From NCBI GenBank assembly GCA_002633005.1, contig NMRA01000960.1, positions 24,231 through 88,230 of the forward strand: DNA of 64,000 nucleotides. Reading direction: 5' to 3'. Below are positions 1 through 13,887 of this stretch, in pieces. How positions within the stretch are numbered: position 1 is the first letter of the stretch; the number at the start of each line of letters is the position of its first letter. Origin of the DNA: Phoronis australis. Its lineage: Eukaryota; Animalia; Phoronida. A model generated the notes under the pieces. It made no database searches and was not told where the DNA came from. It was given only the letters and a program-made list of their open reading frames with translations. Position numbers and translations under genes: made by a program.

Positions 1-1380
1 CCTTGCTCAGGTGAGATGTGATTTATGAATTTACAAAGAATGGATAGTTCGTTATTTCTTGAGACCAAGCTTAGGGCATAAAATGACCCGCCGTGACAAG
101 CCAACTTGGTCAAGTAATATCGAACTGGCAGATCTTTCAAAGCCTAGAAATCACCTCTAATTCGACAACGTAACAATTAAATTTTAGTCCTATTTCATAA
201 TGTTACGTGGTTTGAGACAAAATCGACATCTTTTTGCATAACCTCGACATTTAAATCTATCAGCCCTGCACGTGGAAAAACTGAGCACTAACAACCTGAG
301 TCGAATTCCCTCTCAACAGCAACTGGATAGCACCATGACGCCATGGTAGGTATGGCAAAAATCTACCTCGTTGTTATGTCGCAACAAGTCTCAGTGTTCT
401 CTTGAGTGCTTCTGAAAGAGGAGTGCAAGAATCGAAGCACATTGGATGCGCGATCTTTCTAGAATTAGCATTTCTACTTAGTGCAAAACTTCCGAACAAT
501 TGTTGAAATACTGTTGTCTGAGATAAAATCCGTGTAATACCTTGCACACGCTTAAATGTGCTTGGTAACCGAATATCCATAAAAATAATGTAACACAATT
601 TTATGCAGTAAACTCCGTCAATGCGAGACTTTGTGGGCGGATATTGGTGCCACCTATTTTTGCCTCCCCGTGTATCCAAATGGTTACCATGCACCTACGG
701 TTTCGGACGTCCCTATTTTCCGAAAACCGACGCCACATCATCGACGCTAATTTTCGACTATTTTTTGCAGTCGCGCCTGACCTAGTAAATAGACGCAGTT
801 GTTTCCCACGCTCCATGATATGAGAATTCAGGTTACCTGTACGACGGCTCATGCACTCTTAAACAATAAAAGCAGGTTTGTAAAATCTGCTCACTTGCTC
901 ACAAACACAACCCGCACTCAAAAAACAGTCTGCTTTCTGACTCGCGTGAGGAAGAATGGCATAAATGGCTCAGCGAGGAGTCCGTTAGCCGTGTTTACAG
1001 GAGCTACAGCCGTGCTGTTTGGGTGTGTAAGCTGTGTTTTGTGAATGCTTTTTAGGTTCAAGCCTCTCAGCTAACAAATATAACACCAAATAAATTTTGC
1101 TCATTTTTCTAATGAACACATCCCTACTCACTCACACACTGGTTAGCACTACGTTCTGTGTTTAATTTACGGCACTCGAGAGAAATTTGCTATTATTTCA
1201 TGGAAAGACGTTTATTTGATTATTGAACCACTATAGATGTACGTGTATATTACTGGTATAGGTGAAAGATGTATACCGTTTCTAATGATGTTTAGTCTTG
1301 ATTTATGAAATTAACATATTTAAATGTACACGCCGAGTGTTGAATTGTGTAAATATGAACATTCTGCTGAATAAAAATAA

Positions 1381-1580
1381 ATAATTGCAGGCGGTCTGAT
1401 ACACGTTGTACCAGACGTGCACAGGCCACGCATGTGGGCCCTTGCACTGATCACCTGGAACCGAGGTGAGTAGCTAGAAACCTGATGGAAGGGTCAAGCA
1501 GTTTCACCCATTGGGACTCGAACCCACGACTTCCAGTAAAGAAAACGAGCACCTATCACACTGGGTCTCACTGCCTCCTG
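1381..1580 (-). mobile_element. tRNA-derived SINE (family shared with 35488-35720)
   Basis: Minus strand has an A-box-like segment and B-box GGTTCGAGTCCC; the body (GCGGTCTGATACACGTTGTACCAGAC...CACCTGGAA) recurs near-identically at 35490-35570. Confidence 0.7.
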
Positions 1581-3952
1581 ACATTCTGCTGAAGATCTGA
1601 TACGCTTTTATCCTAATCTGCAGTTAAACAGTGTACTTGATAGGAGCATGATTTTCTCATCAGATGAATTCCAATGAAGAGCAGATTAATGAAATGGCTT
1701 GCTGTCTATTTTCATTCTGAAACGTAACGAGTATTGCGTGTTATTGTCAAAACATACCGGCACGTTTCATTAGATTTGATACCGGCTTACAACTAAATGC
1801 TTTACTTGCTTTTACTGCGAAAATGAATGTTACAACATAAATAAATTAAAGCAATGAGTTGAAGAGTCCGGACAATTCTCATCCATATAGACTAATGCCT
1901 TGCTTGCTTTTACTGAAAGTTGATGTTACGACAGAAATAAACTAAAGCAACGAGTTGAACAATCTGGATGTTGGCTCTTGAAACCAGGAACCAACACACA
2001 CGAGCCGCGTCACCGAAAAAGGGTTACTAAAGACACTCCTAAATGATTTAAATTCCACGCGTATCTCAGACAGGATAGTTTAGAAATGTCAATCAAGCCA
2101 TTGATTCTAGCCAATCCGGTCGCTGGAAAATGTGAAACTACCCGTCGTCCGCCATATTGCCCACAAATATTCATTGCTAGAAAAAATGATCGAGGTGTAG
2201 TTTTAAAAGTGATTGCGAGATGTCAATTACGTGGCAGACCTCACGATAGCTTGAATGTACGCTTGCACATCAGAATAAACAAGTCCAAAGTGAAATAAAT
2301 TCACCTTCCTCATGTGTCGCAAATATATTCTTTTCTTGGCTAGTATCTGTTGTGAATTGGGCTAACAATCATATATGCGAAACATAATGTATACGGGTGA
2401 CAGCACATGAGAATTCTCATTCCCATAAACCCAAACCCCAGTTAGCAGCACTGAACAAAAATTAACGTTCTCCAAATGTCGTATGAAGACAGTTTTCCCC
2501 ATCGACTATTGTGCCATGGAATAGCTTATTAGATTACAGTGCCTTGCTGTTTGGATCAATCTGATATCTGAATGAGCCTCACTTGACGTGAATATACTAG
2601 TAAGATATAAACGAAATCAAAATTTTGAAAGATATTCCACTGTTTCTGACAGATAATCCCCCCCCCCTCCTCCAGGGCTCTTTGTCATTGCCAGAATCAG
2701 TTTCAGTCATCAGAAACATAATAATAACAATAATAATATTTCATTGTAGTGCGTATGCTGAGGACTTCCGCACCATCGTTGTTCATTTGTTGGAGTAAAT
2801 GAAAAAAATAACAAAACGTCCCCGGTCTCTCATTTGTGGGCACATGTACGTAAATTAAACCAGCAAAAATGAACCACTACTAGAAAATGGTTCATTTTAG
2901 ACAACGTTATCTCGTCAAGATTTTATACTGCTAATGGTATAGTATGGAAAAACAAAAGGAGAACCAAATTCTAATTACAACCACCATGACCTCTATAAGG
3001 ACACAAAAAGTACATTAAAACATTGCATACAGAAGATCCATTGTATGCATGATGGTTTGTACGTACTTATGGGGTCCTATTCAACTTCTCAAGCGTAGCC
3101 AAATTTACCACAACTTAAGTTAGTAATTACCAGAAATTGCGATCTTGTTAAGAAACTGTCGATAACCTCAAAGTAAAATGTCGTGGATGCGTTGGTAACT
3201 GAATTAGCTCCGCGTGTTGATTAAATTTAACATCTATTAGTAAGCAATTCAAGAAGTGCGAATGCGTCTTCGTTTTTGAATGTTCACACAAAATACGAAT
3301 ATTGACTTTTTATCTTGTTTCGTACCTGTTGCCATCTTGCCGCTTTGTCTGGTTATGAAGAAGGTTGTAACAGCTTGTCTTTAAAGATACCGTTTCCTTT
3401 TCATTCACCAATTTTGAACAGAGGGTGAGCTTTATCAGTCGAAAGATATCATTAAGATATAATTTTTTTTGTTACTGTTACTTTGAGGCTTGTCTGTGGT
3501 TGCTTTGTTTTGATATTATTTTTTATCTCTTTTGTAGTGAAGTTAGCGAGCTTTATTCGGAAACCTCCTGACATCAATGTCCGCGGTTGAGTTTTAACCA
3601 GTGCATGAGTCAGCTGTCATTCACTGCGGGGTTAGGTGGTGGTAGCTACCAAAATATAAAATTAAATGATAAAAATATGTTACGTTCAGTTAAGTTTGAA
3701 AGTATTTGGAGTTAAGTGTAGACTGACTGAACTTGTCTTAAAATCTGTTTTATGATTTTTTAATTAAACTGAAGCGGAAAGAGTATTCAAAATGCTTCTT
3801 ACAATAGTTTACATGTATGTGTATCAAGAATGGTTCAATCTAGACACTGGTCCTATTCTCCCGGTTTCCGCTATCATATTGAGACTTACAGACCGAGTAA
3901 AAACTGCATCCTGTATAGGACCCCAATATTCCGATGTTCATGAAGACATGAT

Positions 3953-4104
3953 CAGTGGCGGATTTAGGGGAGGGGGCAAGGGGGCTATGGCCCCCATAAA
4001 TTTCTCCTAGATTCCATTCGGAGATGCAAATGTCTGATGGACAGAATCCTGGCTAATACTCTGCCTTGCCCTCCCCTTAACTCAAAATCCTGGATACGCC
4101 CCTG
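3953..4104. mobile_element. 152-bp MITE with hAT-like ends and 5-bp TSD
   Basis: Ends CAGTGGCGGATTTAGG ... CCTGGATACGCCCCTG are imperfect inverted repeats; ATGAT flanks both sides (3948-3952, 4105-4109). Confidence 0.65.
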
Positions 4105-5527
4105 ATGATGACCTGCCAGTTGGCTGAAAATAAAATTTGGTCCTTTGCCAAAAGGATTACCATGGTAATTATGATTTTACCACTGCAACATTAGATGGTA
4201 TTGTTTACAATGAAAGTTGCTGCATCTGAAAATACCTTTAAGATGAAAGTCTAACTCAGTATACGGTATAGTTACTGTATAGTTCCGTGTAAAAGTCACC
4301 TCAGTACTGTGTAGCGTTGTGTGAAATCTAAAAAAGTCATCTCAGTATAATATACTCCTAAATGTGTTTTCAAAAGCTGAAATCAATTTTTAGAATTTGA
4401 AATAACGTGCGGGTTACCCCTAATCACCATACATATGTGCGAGGATCGCGAGTCACCGAAATAGAGTTTTCTTGGTGCCACAAAATTGCGATGCAGTCTA
4501 TATATGCCAAAACTATTACGTGTAAGTTGTAGAATGCAAATATATCTCACAAGAGCAACACTGTCATTAGGTAGATGAGTTCATCAAGGTTCGGGTTGTA
4601 AACTGCAAGGGAGAAAGTTGGAAAAAACAGTTCAGAGTTGTCGGTGTTTAGGAAACTCCACGCAAGGGTAACATTTCAAACCTTAGCTACCCCGACACCA
4701 ACTGAGAGAAGTTGCCAATACCGAGAATAAAACGCACCGAGATGGCTTTTTATGGAATATTTAATAACACGCTATGCTTGACATGAATATGGTACAATAA
4801 TCAAATAATACGAGAGCGAAGTGACATGTTGACGACCTATTGTCAAATTTCTTTTGACACTGTTAATGACACTTAACAGAATCACGTAGCTTGTCACTTA
4901 CGCCCGACAGATTTCTAAGAATGTACGTTTGACACCACAGTTCAAGTCAGTTCAGTTCAGAAGATAATGTTTACTTCCCGGATAAACTTTCCTGTTTTAT
5001 TCCGCAAAACATTGGCTTTGTATGTATTTTGTGTCCTTACAAGATGTTTCTTTTGACAGCTTTGATTTTTCTAGTAGAAGTAATTGATAGGCACAGAGGT
5101 ATTAGATCCCATAACACAAGAGACAAACAACTGTTTTAGTAACGTGTTTGATTTGATGAGAACTGCGTACACGTCGGCACAAAAGGAATGTCTTTTCATG
5201 CCACAAACCGGACTCGCTCTTCACCATTTACAGAAGAATCCACAAGAAACGTCTGTTTAACCCTTAGTGGACGACCTTTCGTCACTCTTTTCACGCGCAC
5301 AAATACATCTGTGATTGCTTACATTACTGGCGGTAAAACTCACAAAATGGAAGTATTTTTTAACAAATCAACAACTTTAAATGTCTCGGGGGGAAATTTG
5401 ACTATTCGTCAACGATAGTACCCGTCGCAACTGTCGGTGGTCCCTACTTTATCAAGGTTTTAGTCCAGTCATTTTGGATTACTTACCCGGGTAACACGTG
5501 GCACGTCCGGTAGACTCTCACGGTTTA

Positions 5528-6031
5528 GGGCTTAGTCACACCAAACTCATTCTCAGATTGAACGAGTCCGTCCTAAAACATTGAGCTTGATGAAACGGGA
5601 TGGGGACGGACTATTTTGGCAAAAACATGCACTGAATACGACATCAAACCATGCGCAAAACTAGCCTAAAAAATGTGGAGCTCGAATTTTTGAGAATGTG
5701 GACCTTTTACTAAAAAAAGATGAGATACGTTCAGAGCTATGAATTGTGCATTAGCCGAATGTTAATAGTTCTTGCCTATTTAGCGGACTTTTGTACCATT
5801 TTCTACTTTTTTCGGTGTCTTTATTTCTCTGAGGAGGACCTTTTCGCCCACTTCGTCATGTTGGGGGACTCGTTCGAGCCCCCACGAGCCAACTCCTCCC
5901 GTGGGTGCGCGCATGCGAACACAGATTGCAAGTAAAATGTCTCCGGCGTTTATTCAGTTCTCACACAGTTTTAAACCGTCGTATTAAATCTCTTCAGAAT
6001 TTAGTGAGAACTACCTTAGTGTGACAGGGGC
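5528..6031. mobile_element. PIF/Harbinger-like non-autonomous element
   Basis: Imperfect TIRs GGGCTTAGTCACAC / GTGTGACAGGGGCT, internal inverted GAACGAGTCC / GGACTCGTTC, TTA and TAA flanks. Confidence 0.45.
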
Positions 6032-7439
6032 TTAAGTTGAAACGCGAGGTCGCTACCTGAAACGAAAGAAGAAGCACCTGAGACGACGTCAAGCAGACAA
6101 GTTAATGAGACAATATCGGTTTTACATCCTAAAACTCCTTTTTTGGATTGTTGTTGCGCGGGGTTATTAACTTTGATCAGAGTTATATTTTGTGGTGTTA
6201 TATCGAGGGTACTTTAGGAGAAAATGACCTTTTAAAAATTCCTATCAACTGTGTAATAAGCGTGTTAATACTAGGTCACAATTGAATACATAAATGCAAA
6301 TCTACTTGTTCGTATAAAACCCACGTACAGTTAACTACGTAAAACTGGAATGAAATACTTATTTGTGTTCCTATACTTTCGCAATTGGAATATATTGCAC
6401 ATGGTTTTGCAGATGTCACTATGACTTAACCGTAATGACAGTCTCGCGTGGTCCACATACAAGTTTTATTGTTTTTCTTCACCGCTTTTAGTTTCCAAGA
6501 ATTATTACATTTGCATTTGATTTGATTTCAACCACTTTGCATGGGTAAAGCTTTTGCCTGTTCCATAGCTTTGTCGTTCACACTAGTTTTTTTTCCATTT
6601 TCTTGTCTCATATCATCATAGAATAAGGCTTCTTTCCGTTTTTTAGGATAAAGCAGAGAGACAAGTGGTAACATGGTGCGGCCGTTCTTGAAATGTCGCA
6701 TTTATCTCGTACTACTACACTTCTGAGGTGAGTAGGTAAATTAGTGAAATAATCTACCTTTTCCATAAGCGCGTTCATTTTTGCTGCAAACACATTGCGT
6801 TTTACAAATAAAAATTATTTTTTGTCAGATTGCAAAAATGTCGTCTCGGTGTCTTTCTTTGACCCAAAATCACTTCGAGAAAGTAGGGCTTGTTCAGAAA
6901 CATCAAATGGGTGTATTTTAATTAACTCAAAGTATCGATGCAAAGTTCGTAGTTGTACTGTAAAAGACACCAGTAGACAATTTGGGATAAACAATAAAAT
7001 ATTTTGTTCCTAATAACAGAAAATTCTATCGTCGCCTCACAGATAAGTGAAATATGCCTATTCGTGAATCATTTTCTTCGAGAAACTGTTAACTGATAAT
7101 CTTTTTAGACCACCTGTGAGGTGAAACGCACGTCGTCCAATCATAAAACTATGTATTGGATAGACCAGGTTATACTAGATGACCATTAACATTGCAGGTG
7201 AGACGAAACGATGTAGGAGACCAAAATTTATCATATAAAGGACAGGATGGGGTGGCTTTCACGTTGCAATGTTGCAATTAATCACGTGGGTCCGTAAACT
7301 ACTGGCGTCTGGAAAACTGGGAGGTAATTTCACTTTTGTTTGGAACTTATCACATACACTGTACAAAGAATCTTTTCACAAAATCAAACATGTTCGCCAA
7401 TGCCACCTGCCGGGAGGAAGTACTTCCTGGTACAGCCAG

Positions 7440-7650
7440 CCTCCCGTTCAGTAACGCTAGGACCTCGCTAAAAAGCAAAACTTCGCGAGATTACTTGAGA
7501 CATTGCCGTGCATTTCAAATAAGAACACGTGACTTTGACTAGGTTTTAGCTAGGTCCTAGCGTAGGCCCTAGCGTAGGTCCTAGCGTAGGCCCTAGCGTA
7601 GGTCCTAGCGTAGGTCCTAGCGTAGGTCCTAGCGTCTACTGAACGCACGC
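7440..7650. mobile_element. MITE (related to 11971-12116) containing a 12-bp tandem array
   Basis: CGTTCAGTAACGCTAGGACC is inverted relative to GGTCCTAGCGTCTACTGAACG; internal GCTAAAAAGCAA..TTCGCGAGATTAC is shared with 12001-12030. Confidence 0.55.
7551..7634. repeat. Minisatellite, 7 x TAGG(T/C)CCTAGCG
   Basis: Seven consecutive 12-bp units read directly. Confidence 0.95.
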
Positions 7651-10600
7651 CAGGTGGTGATAAGCGTCACCGGTGACACGTGATCACCTACATCGCAACA
7701 TGAAAGTCTCCAACTGAGCTTCGTAAGGTCTACACAGGAGATAAAAGGAAATGGCTCGATCCCCAGCACGCTCGCGGAAGATAGATTATTTTCTAGCCTC
7801 GGTCACGCAAATATGGTCTCTCTTACGGTTCGGACATGTCCTTCAGGCTATGAAAACATCAACATCGAACAAGCAACAAATAGTCATATACGGCAGATAA
7901 TCCGGAAAATTCCTCCTAACTTGAGTCTGACGTTTTACAACACACTTACACCCTTTTATGTCATGTCTTGAAACTATATTATTCCAAACAGTGACAAAAG
8001 ATCGGCTATCACAAGAAATTCGCTACTCAACACCAGGCTTCAAGTTATCTCCCTTTTTAATGCCAGTTTTCGAGGAGAAACACTAAACTAAAAACCGCAC
8101 GAATGGGAATCAAGGAAAGCCATCGAGCAAGCAAAAACGTCTCCTTATCAACATCATACAAGTGCCATGATATATGCATCGAAGTGGGTTGTCGTCCGGA
8201 CCACATTGTGTCGAGTGCGACAAAATGTCTCAGAGCAGGTAAGCGTGCCGCACGAACGCCTTTCAAAATAGAAAATCGTGAAATCTTCTAAATTTTGAGT
8301 CGAAGCCTGTGTGAGCAATCGGTCATTTGTAAAGAAATATGAAAAACACACCAGATTTTGCTGTTTAAAATATCTTGCCAAAGCAAATACTTCAATAAGT
8401 CAGTCATACAAAAATAACCCCCAAATTCGTCTTTATTTCGGCCGCAAAACCGATTGTGTCCTTTTATGTCATATTTCGAGAGCCTGGCGCCGCGTTTGGT
8501 GGTCTGCAAACACAGTAAACTGAGTACATTAGGTTTATCGGGTCGGCGAGCTGTGTTTACAAGCGGAAGAACTACGAATGTTGCAGGTGTTCGGGTAGCC
8601 TTGTATTGCATTGGTTTACATACTAGTATGGGGTGGCTCTCCCCCAAATCCGTGATGTGGAAGAGAACCTCCAGGATTCCATTAGACCTGCATTGCTGTA
8701 GTCAGACATAAGCACGAATCAGTTGTGGGATCGCGATTTTTTCCAGATTTGACAACTCAATTCGTAGCCAATGAAGATGCACAATTGCCACGATTTCCTA
8801 ATTACGTTTTGAGTGAATAGGTGCACCCAGTAGACCACGCGTTTCCAGCTTATATGAAGTAAACGAGTAATGACGTGTACTCGTGTTCGTTAGATTGGCT
8901 TTCCATTCGTTGTAAGTCTCATCTCGATGAAATGATGTGAAAAACACAGATCTGTAAGATGTTAATGAGATGTTAATAGGTGTTGAATCGACGTTTTGCC
9001 TGGGATGAAATATTTTCCGTGATTAGATTAAGATGTGTCAGCTAATGTCATCCGATTTGTCTTTGAGCCATCTACTTTTCTCCTCGACTAGCCATCAAGT
9101 TCCTCACAAGTTACATAGCCTCCTACGCAGTAATTTTGCAGCAAAAAACAATTTGATTGTTTTTATGACTGGAAAGTACATGGTTCAAGATCCGCTACAT
9201 TTTAGTTTAAAACTTCATGAAACGGATTTTAAAGCAATTTAGTTCAGCCGAAACTCAAGGCAAAATAATTCTTATTCAACAAAAACCCCAGATATTTTCT
9301 AATTCAACTGAATTTGATATGAATATTTTAGTTTAATTTGTGATTTTGGTGGTGCGCCTAAAATGACCACCGTAGTCAGTGAGAGTTGACTGATGCATTA
9401 TGGGTACTCACGCAATTGCCGTCATATGCAATGAGGTTTGCATGGAAACCCCGCCCACTTTTTAAGAATTAATAGTGAGACATAGCAAACACAGGACTGA
9501 ACGTAACGAAATATTTACACTTCTGTGATAAATTTCGATTGACGAAACTCACCCTGTGTTCTAAATTGCTGAACCTGGTCTGATTTGCGGTTGTTTTGAA
9601 AATTGATGTGGCATCTACCGTTTCAGCTGTTCGTTTTTTTGAAAAAAAAAGCACTTCAGTAACATCAGCGTAGTGACGCAGCTCTGTACTTTTACTCGCC
9701 TACAAAGAGCCTGAACCAGCACAAAAACGTTGTGTGGTTATTGCTTAGGAAGAAAGAGCACTCGGTGCGGCTGAAAACGACGTGAATGTCAATGTTGTAG
9801 TAACGATAGCGACTATTTTCAAATATTATTTATTACGGTGGAACACACATCTTACATTTGTGTAAAGAACTAATGAATTAAACGATGTTCATCAAATCCG
9901 ATGAAATTTATTGGTTACTTAAGAACAACGACCAAGACTATTCGACAGCCCAACAATAAATACGTTTTCTATGCTAGTTTGCTTACTAACTTGGAAACTG
10001 AACCATCGTAAAATAGACTTAATATAAAGTAGTGCTTGGAGAAACGTGTTAGAAAACAAACAACAGCAATAAATTTTGAAAAGATCATTTAAAACTTTAA
10101 TGCAACCCATACTCTACTGAGTTTGAATTTCACTCTTTACGTAAATATGACTTTCCATTTTAAGGAGTATTGTCCCAGGAAGAAGCAATGTGCTCCTTAG
10201 AGCGAGTTTTGTGCGAGTTTTGTGAAATTACGCAAAATCACGTAAGTAAAAGGCGATTGTTTTGCGACTAACCTTGCAACCCAACTAGCAGACACTAGCA
10301 AAACGGCCGCTACTGAAGTGACTGGACGACTACACAGGAGCGTTGAATTTTAGGAGAAAATGTGCTGTTTTCGTACTATAAATTAACTCAACATTTCTCC
10401 ACGATGGTCGTGACAGAACGCAACCCTGCTTTTAAGTGCAAGACAAGAGTTTGTACCTTGAGCTTCATGTATGCATTAAGGGACGCCCACAGCGTATCGT
10501 CAGGCCAACGTTGCAATCACTTGTTGTTCGCGTCCCTGATACATATTCCTGTTTTAAAGGAGCAATTGCCGCTATTTTTAGCTACCAATGTTTGATTATC

Positions 10601-11970
10601 AACCTTTTCGATTAAGAATTCAACACTGGGGGTTTAGAAACGGTACCACTCTCATCTGATCTTGAGATGTGGCCGAATGAGTCGGCAACTAAAGTGACGG
10701 GCACTGCTTTCATGTGTCGTTGTCCAATTAGCAATTTTTAACTTGCAAATTAAACCCTTAGAAGGGTGTTTTCTTGAGTTGCTGATGGTTTCAGGTTCAG
10801 AAACAGAATCTCATCACAGAAATATCAATTTCATGAGAGTGAATAGCCAAATTCGATTTTCGTTTTTCGGCTAGTTAAACACGGCGAAATGCAGCTTTAA
10901 ATGATGTCATTAAATGACGCTTCACGTTATCTCCCCAGCCATTTCTGGACAGAGTGATCCAATAAAATAACACTTGTCTTACCATTTTGCGTCTAAAATA
11001 ATTCAAATGCAATTCAAAATTAACGTTAATCTAATGATACGCTTTCAACGTGACAAAAGTTTTTCAAAACCCTTTTAAGCTTAATTTTTTAATTTGTGAA
11101 GGTACACCAACAACATGGTTGTCAAATTGGAAAAATGCTAAATTTCGTTGTTCACGAACTTAGGAAAGAACTAATATACGAACGGAAGTTCACAAAACGT
11201 TCGCATTTTGATGGTGCATGTATTAAGCAGAAGGCGAGACTCATTCTATGTTTTTAACTTTTGAAAACGAAGAAAAATTAGTTTAAAATCAAATCGAGTT
11301 AAATTTCCGTCTATTACCCATAGAATCTTGTCTCGTGTCAACACACTTCTCAAACAATAAAGTGGGTGCCAATACTGTGTATTGTTATTCAAAGCCACCA
11401 TCTTATTTGAGAAAGAAATCTCTATTGCATTTTTATAGGTGGCCGGCGCTAATGTTACAAGGATATGCTAACGTAGAAATGCATGTGTTCAAGGATGCGT
11501 TCCTCAAACGCAAGGCACTTCCGAAGCTCTTGGGGTGAGAATTTATCACTTTTTGTAAAAGAAACAATGAATTATATCCCATAATTCAATATTCTATCCT
11601 CGCCTGCTGATTACTTCGGGGCGCTCCAATGTTCGCGAGTAAGGTATTCTCAAACGTACTCGCGAAGAACTCGCCTTTCGATGACATGTCTTTATGTTGT
11701 CTTGGGTGACTAAAACTCGTGAGGGCGGAGATGCGTTCCATAAGACACAAAACGCTCTCAAAAAAGCAAGATTAAGCTAGACTTCGCGAGACACCGCAAT
11801 ACATTACAAGTGGAGCATGTGATCACACTAGCATTTCTCGCGAGTGTCTCACTTGGGCGTAGGGAACGAAGTCATGCCATGCGGAACGCAGATCAGGTAT
11901 CCACGTGGTATCCTTATCACACGAATGCCTCCATGCTGATTCAACTGCTTCGCTTTCAGTCTATATTATT

Positions 11971-12116
11971 CAGGGCAGAGTTCAATAACCCTAGTACTGT
12001 GCTAAAAAGCAAGATTTCGCGAGATTACGCGAGATATCGGCGTATATTTTCAAAGAAAGCACGCGATTTTGGCAAGATTTTTTCTCTCCCCGAGGTAGCT
12101 ATTGAATTCTACCCTG
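11971..12116. mobile_element. MITE with ~19-bp TIRs
   Basis: CAGGGCAGAGTTCAATAAC versus reverse complement of the right end CAGGGTAGAATTCAATAGC; internal similarity to 7465-7540. Confidence 0.6.
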
Positions 12117-12979
12117 ATGTTAAAGAAGGACATTTCTTCATTGACCTCACCACGTGAGGAAGTCGTCCATTAATCTGTCGTCCGTCATCACAAATGTGTA
12201 GCATTTGAAATGATACTAAACCCATGTCTAGCATTGCTCGAGTCACCTGCTGTTGTACACGTAGCACCTCCCTTGAGAGATAGAGCCAGAATTCATCTAA
12301 AACACATCAAGTGGGTCTTGGTGGAGGTAGGTGGTATTTCTTGGCCCCACAGCCGTCAATTGGAAGCGTTAGTCACGCATCCTGATTTTACAAACTTTGT
12401 AAGGAGCTTACAAACTTGTTCTAGGCTTTTAAAAGATTGAAGAGGGGCTCTATCCATAGAAAATATCTGGTAATATGACGAAACAGGGTGTATATCCTTT
12501 GAAAGACACATCCCGCAACGGGTAGGTCGCAATTTTCATATCACTACCACAAATCTGAGAAAAGTCACTTTATTAAATTTTACCGAATTAAGAGACCTTG
12601 GCAGAAGAAATGAAAAAGACCGGACAATGGTCAGATAATGGTGTAATCGTGGTGACAGTGTTACACAGGTACACTGAACATCTAGCCCAGGTCCGTGCTC
12701 AGGCGTTATACAAACAGCAAACTTGAAATGATTTGGTGTTACAACCGAGTAACAGCATGTGTATCTCTGCTGTAATACTAAACCCTGCAGGCGAAAATTA
12801 GCAAATTTTCTTTCTTCATAGGTCTGAATAGCAAACGCATATATACTGAGAACTGAAATATAATGCTTTGTACTTCTATTAAACTGACACATGTCAGTAA
12901 TATAATCATAAAGTATTAGGGTTATCGATATTTTACCTATAATTTTTGCCTTAACACCATCCCTAGGGGTTGTAACAGA

Positions 12980-13312
12980 TTAGGCAGGGACCACCGTTTA
13001 CAGCTGGGCCCAGCAGAGACGGAAGCTTTACGGCAAATTATGTCTCACAATGATTAAAATATCAAAGTCACGTTGTTGTAAGTACCTTTTGCGAATAGAG
13101 GGAGGGACACCTTAGGAGGCCGTCGATGTCTTTAATTCTTTCTAACTCAAACAAATACTCCCGTAATCAAACTTTTTCTTGGAGTAGTCCAAATCGGCAA
13201 CTGGCTACTTTTACACTGCGCGCGCCCCTGTTTTTACTGCGCCCGCCAGGAGCTCCTGTAGAAGCTTCACCGTCTTTACTGGGGCCAGCTAGAGACGGTG
13301 GTCACTGTCTAA
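12980..13312. mobile_element. Non-autonomous DNA transposon with ~50-bp TIRs and 7-9 bp TSD (Academ-like TAG termini)
   Basis: Left TTAGGCAGGGACCACCGTTTACAGCTGGGCCCAGCAGAGACGGAAGCTT is inverted relative to right AAGCTTCACCGTCTTTACTGGGGCCAGCTAGAGACGGTGGTCACTGTCTAA; TAACAGA flanks both sides. Superfamily is inference. Confidence 0.65.
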
Positions 13313-13887
13313 TAACAGATCAGAGTTCAAGATTGGTGTTAACTAACGTGGTGCTACGTTGGTAAGATTACTAAATGGAAGTTGTGCGCAACCCATCATT
13401 TGCAGCTTGGAGGCAAGGAAAATTACCACAAGACATTTCTAACTCGTGTGAATCGTTAGCCGACGAAAGGATAGCCTCCGTCGAGTGTTATAACACTGGG
13501 TGATAAACGATAGACTAGTGGAACACTTGTATTACATTGGTGTTACACCAATGTGTCCCTTTGTCACCTTGGTGTAACACCGGACGACAAAGGGCAGACC
13601 AGTGTAATAGCATGGGGGCTGGGTTTATTGAAAAGGTAGCACCGGGAGCTAACACAGATGTTACCCAACATGGGTGTTGCATTCATACCAAACTTGAACT
13701 GACCCATTGTCTGACAGTGCCAAACTGCTTGAAAACATCACCACTTGATAGACAAGGAAATTTGTAAAATATCATTGACTTTGACTCAAATGCTTTCGAA
13801 GTTGGCAGTGAAAAAATCATGGTTATGGAAACTTCACTGTGAGCCGTGTTTTGAACATTTCCTCCCAGTAGAAGTGCATATTTCTTC

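Noticed and set aside
2690-2716. Minus-strand CTGATGA-ct-GAAAC motif
   Set aside because: No room for stem II and no stem I pairing.
7551-7634. Short regular repeat resembling a CRISPR array
   Set aside because: No unique spacers, no cas genes, eukaryotic context.
8057-8711. Cluster of overlapping short ORFs on both strands
   Set aside because: No recognisable domain or splice-consistent structure; probably decayed repeat.
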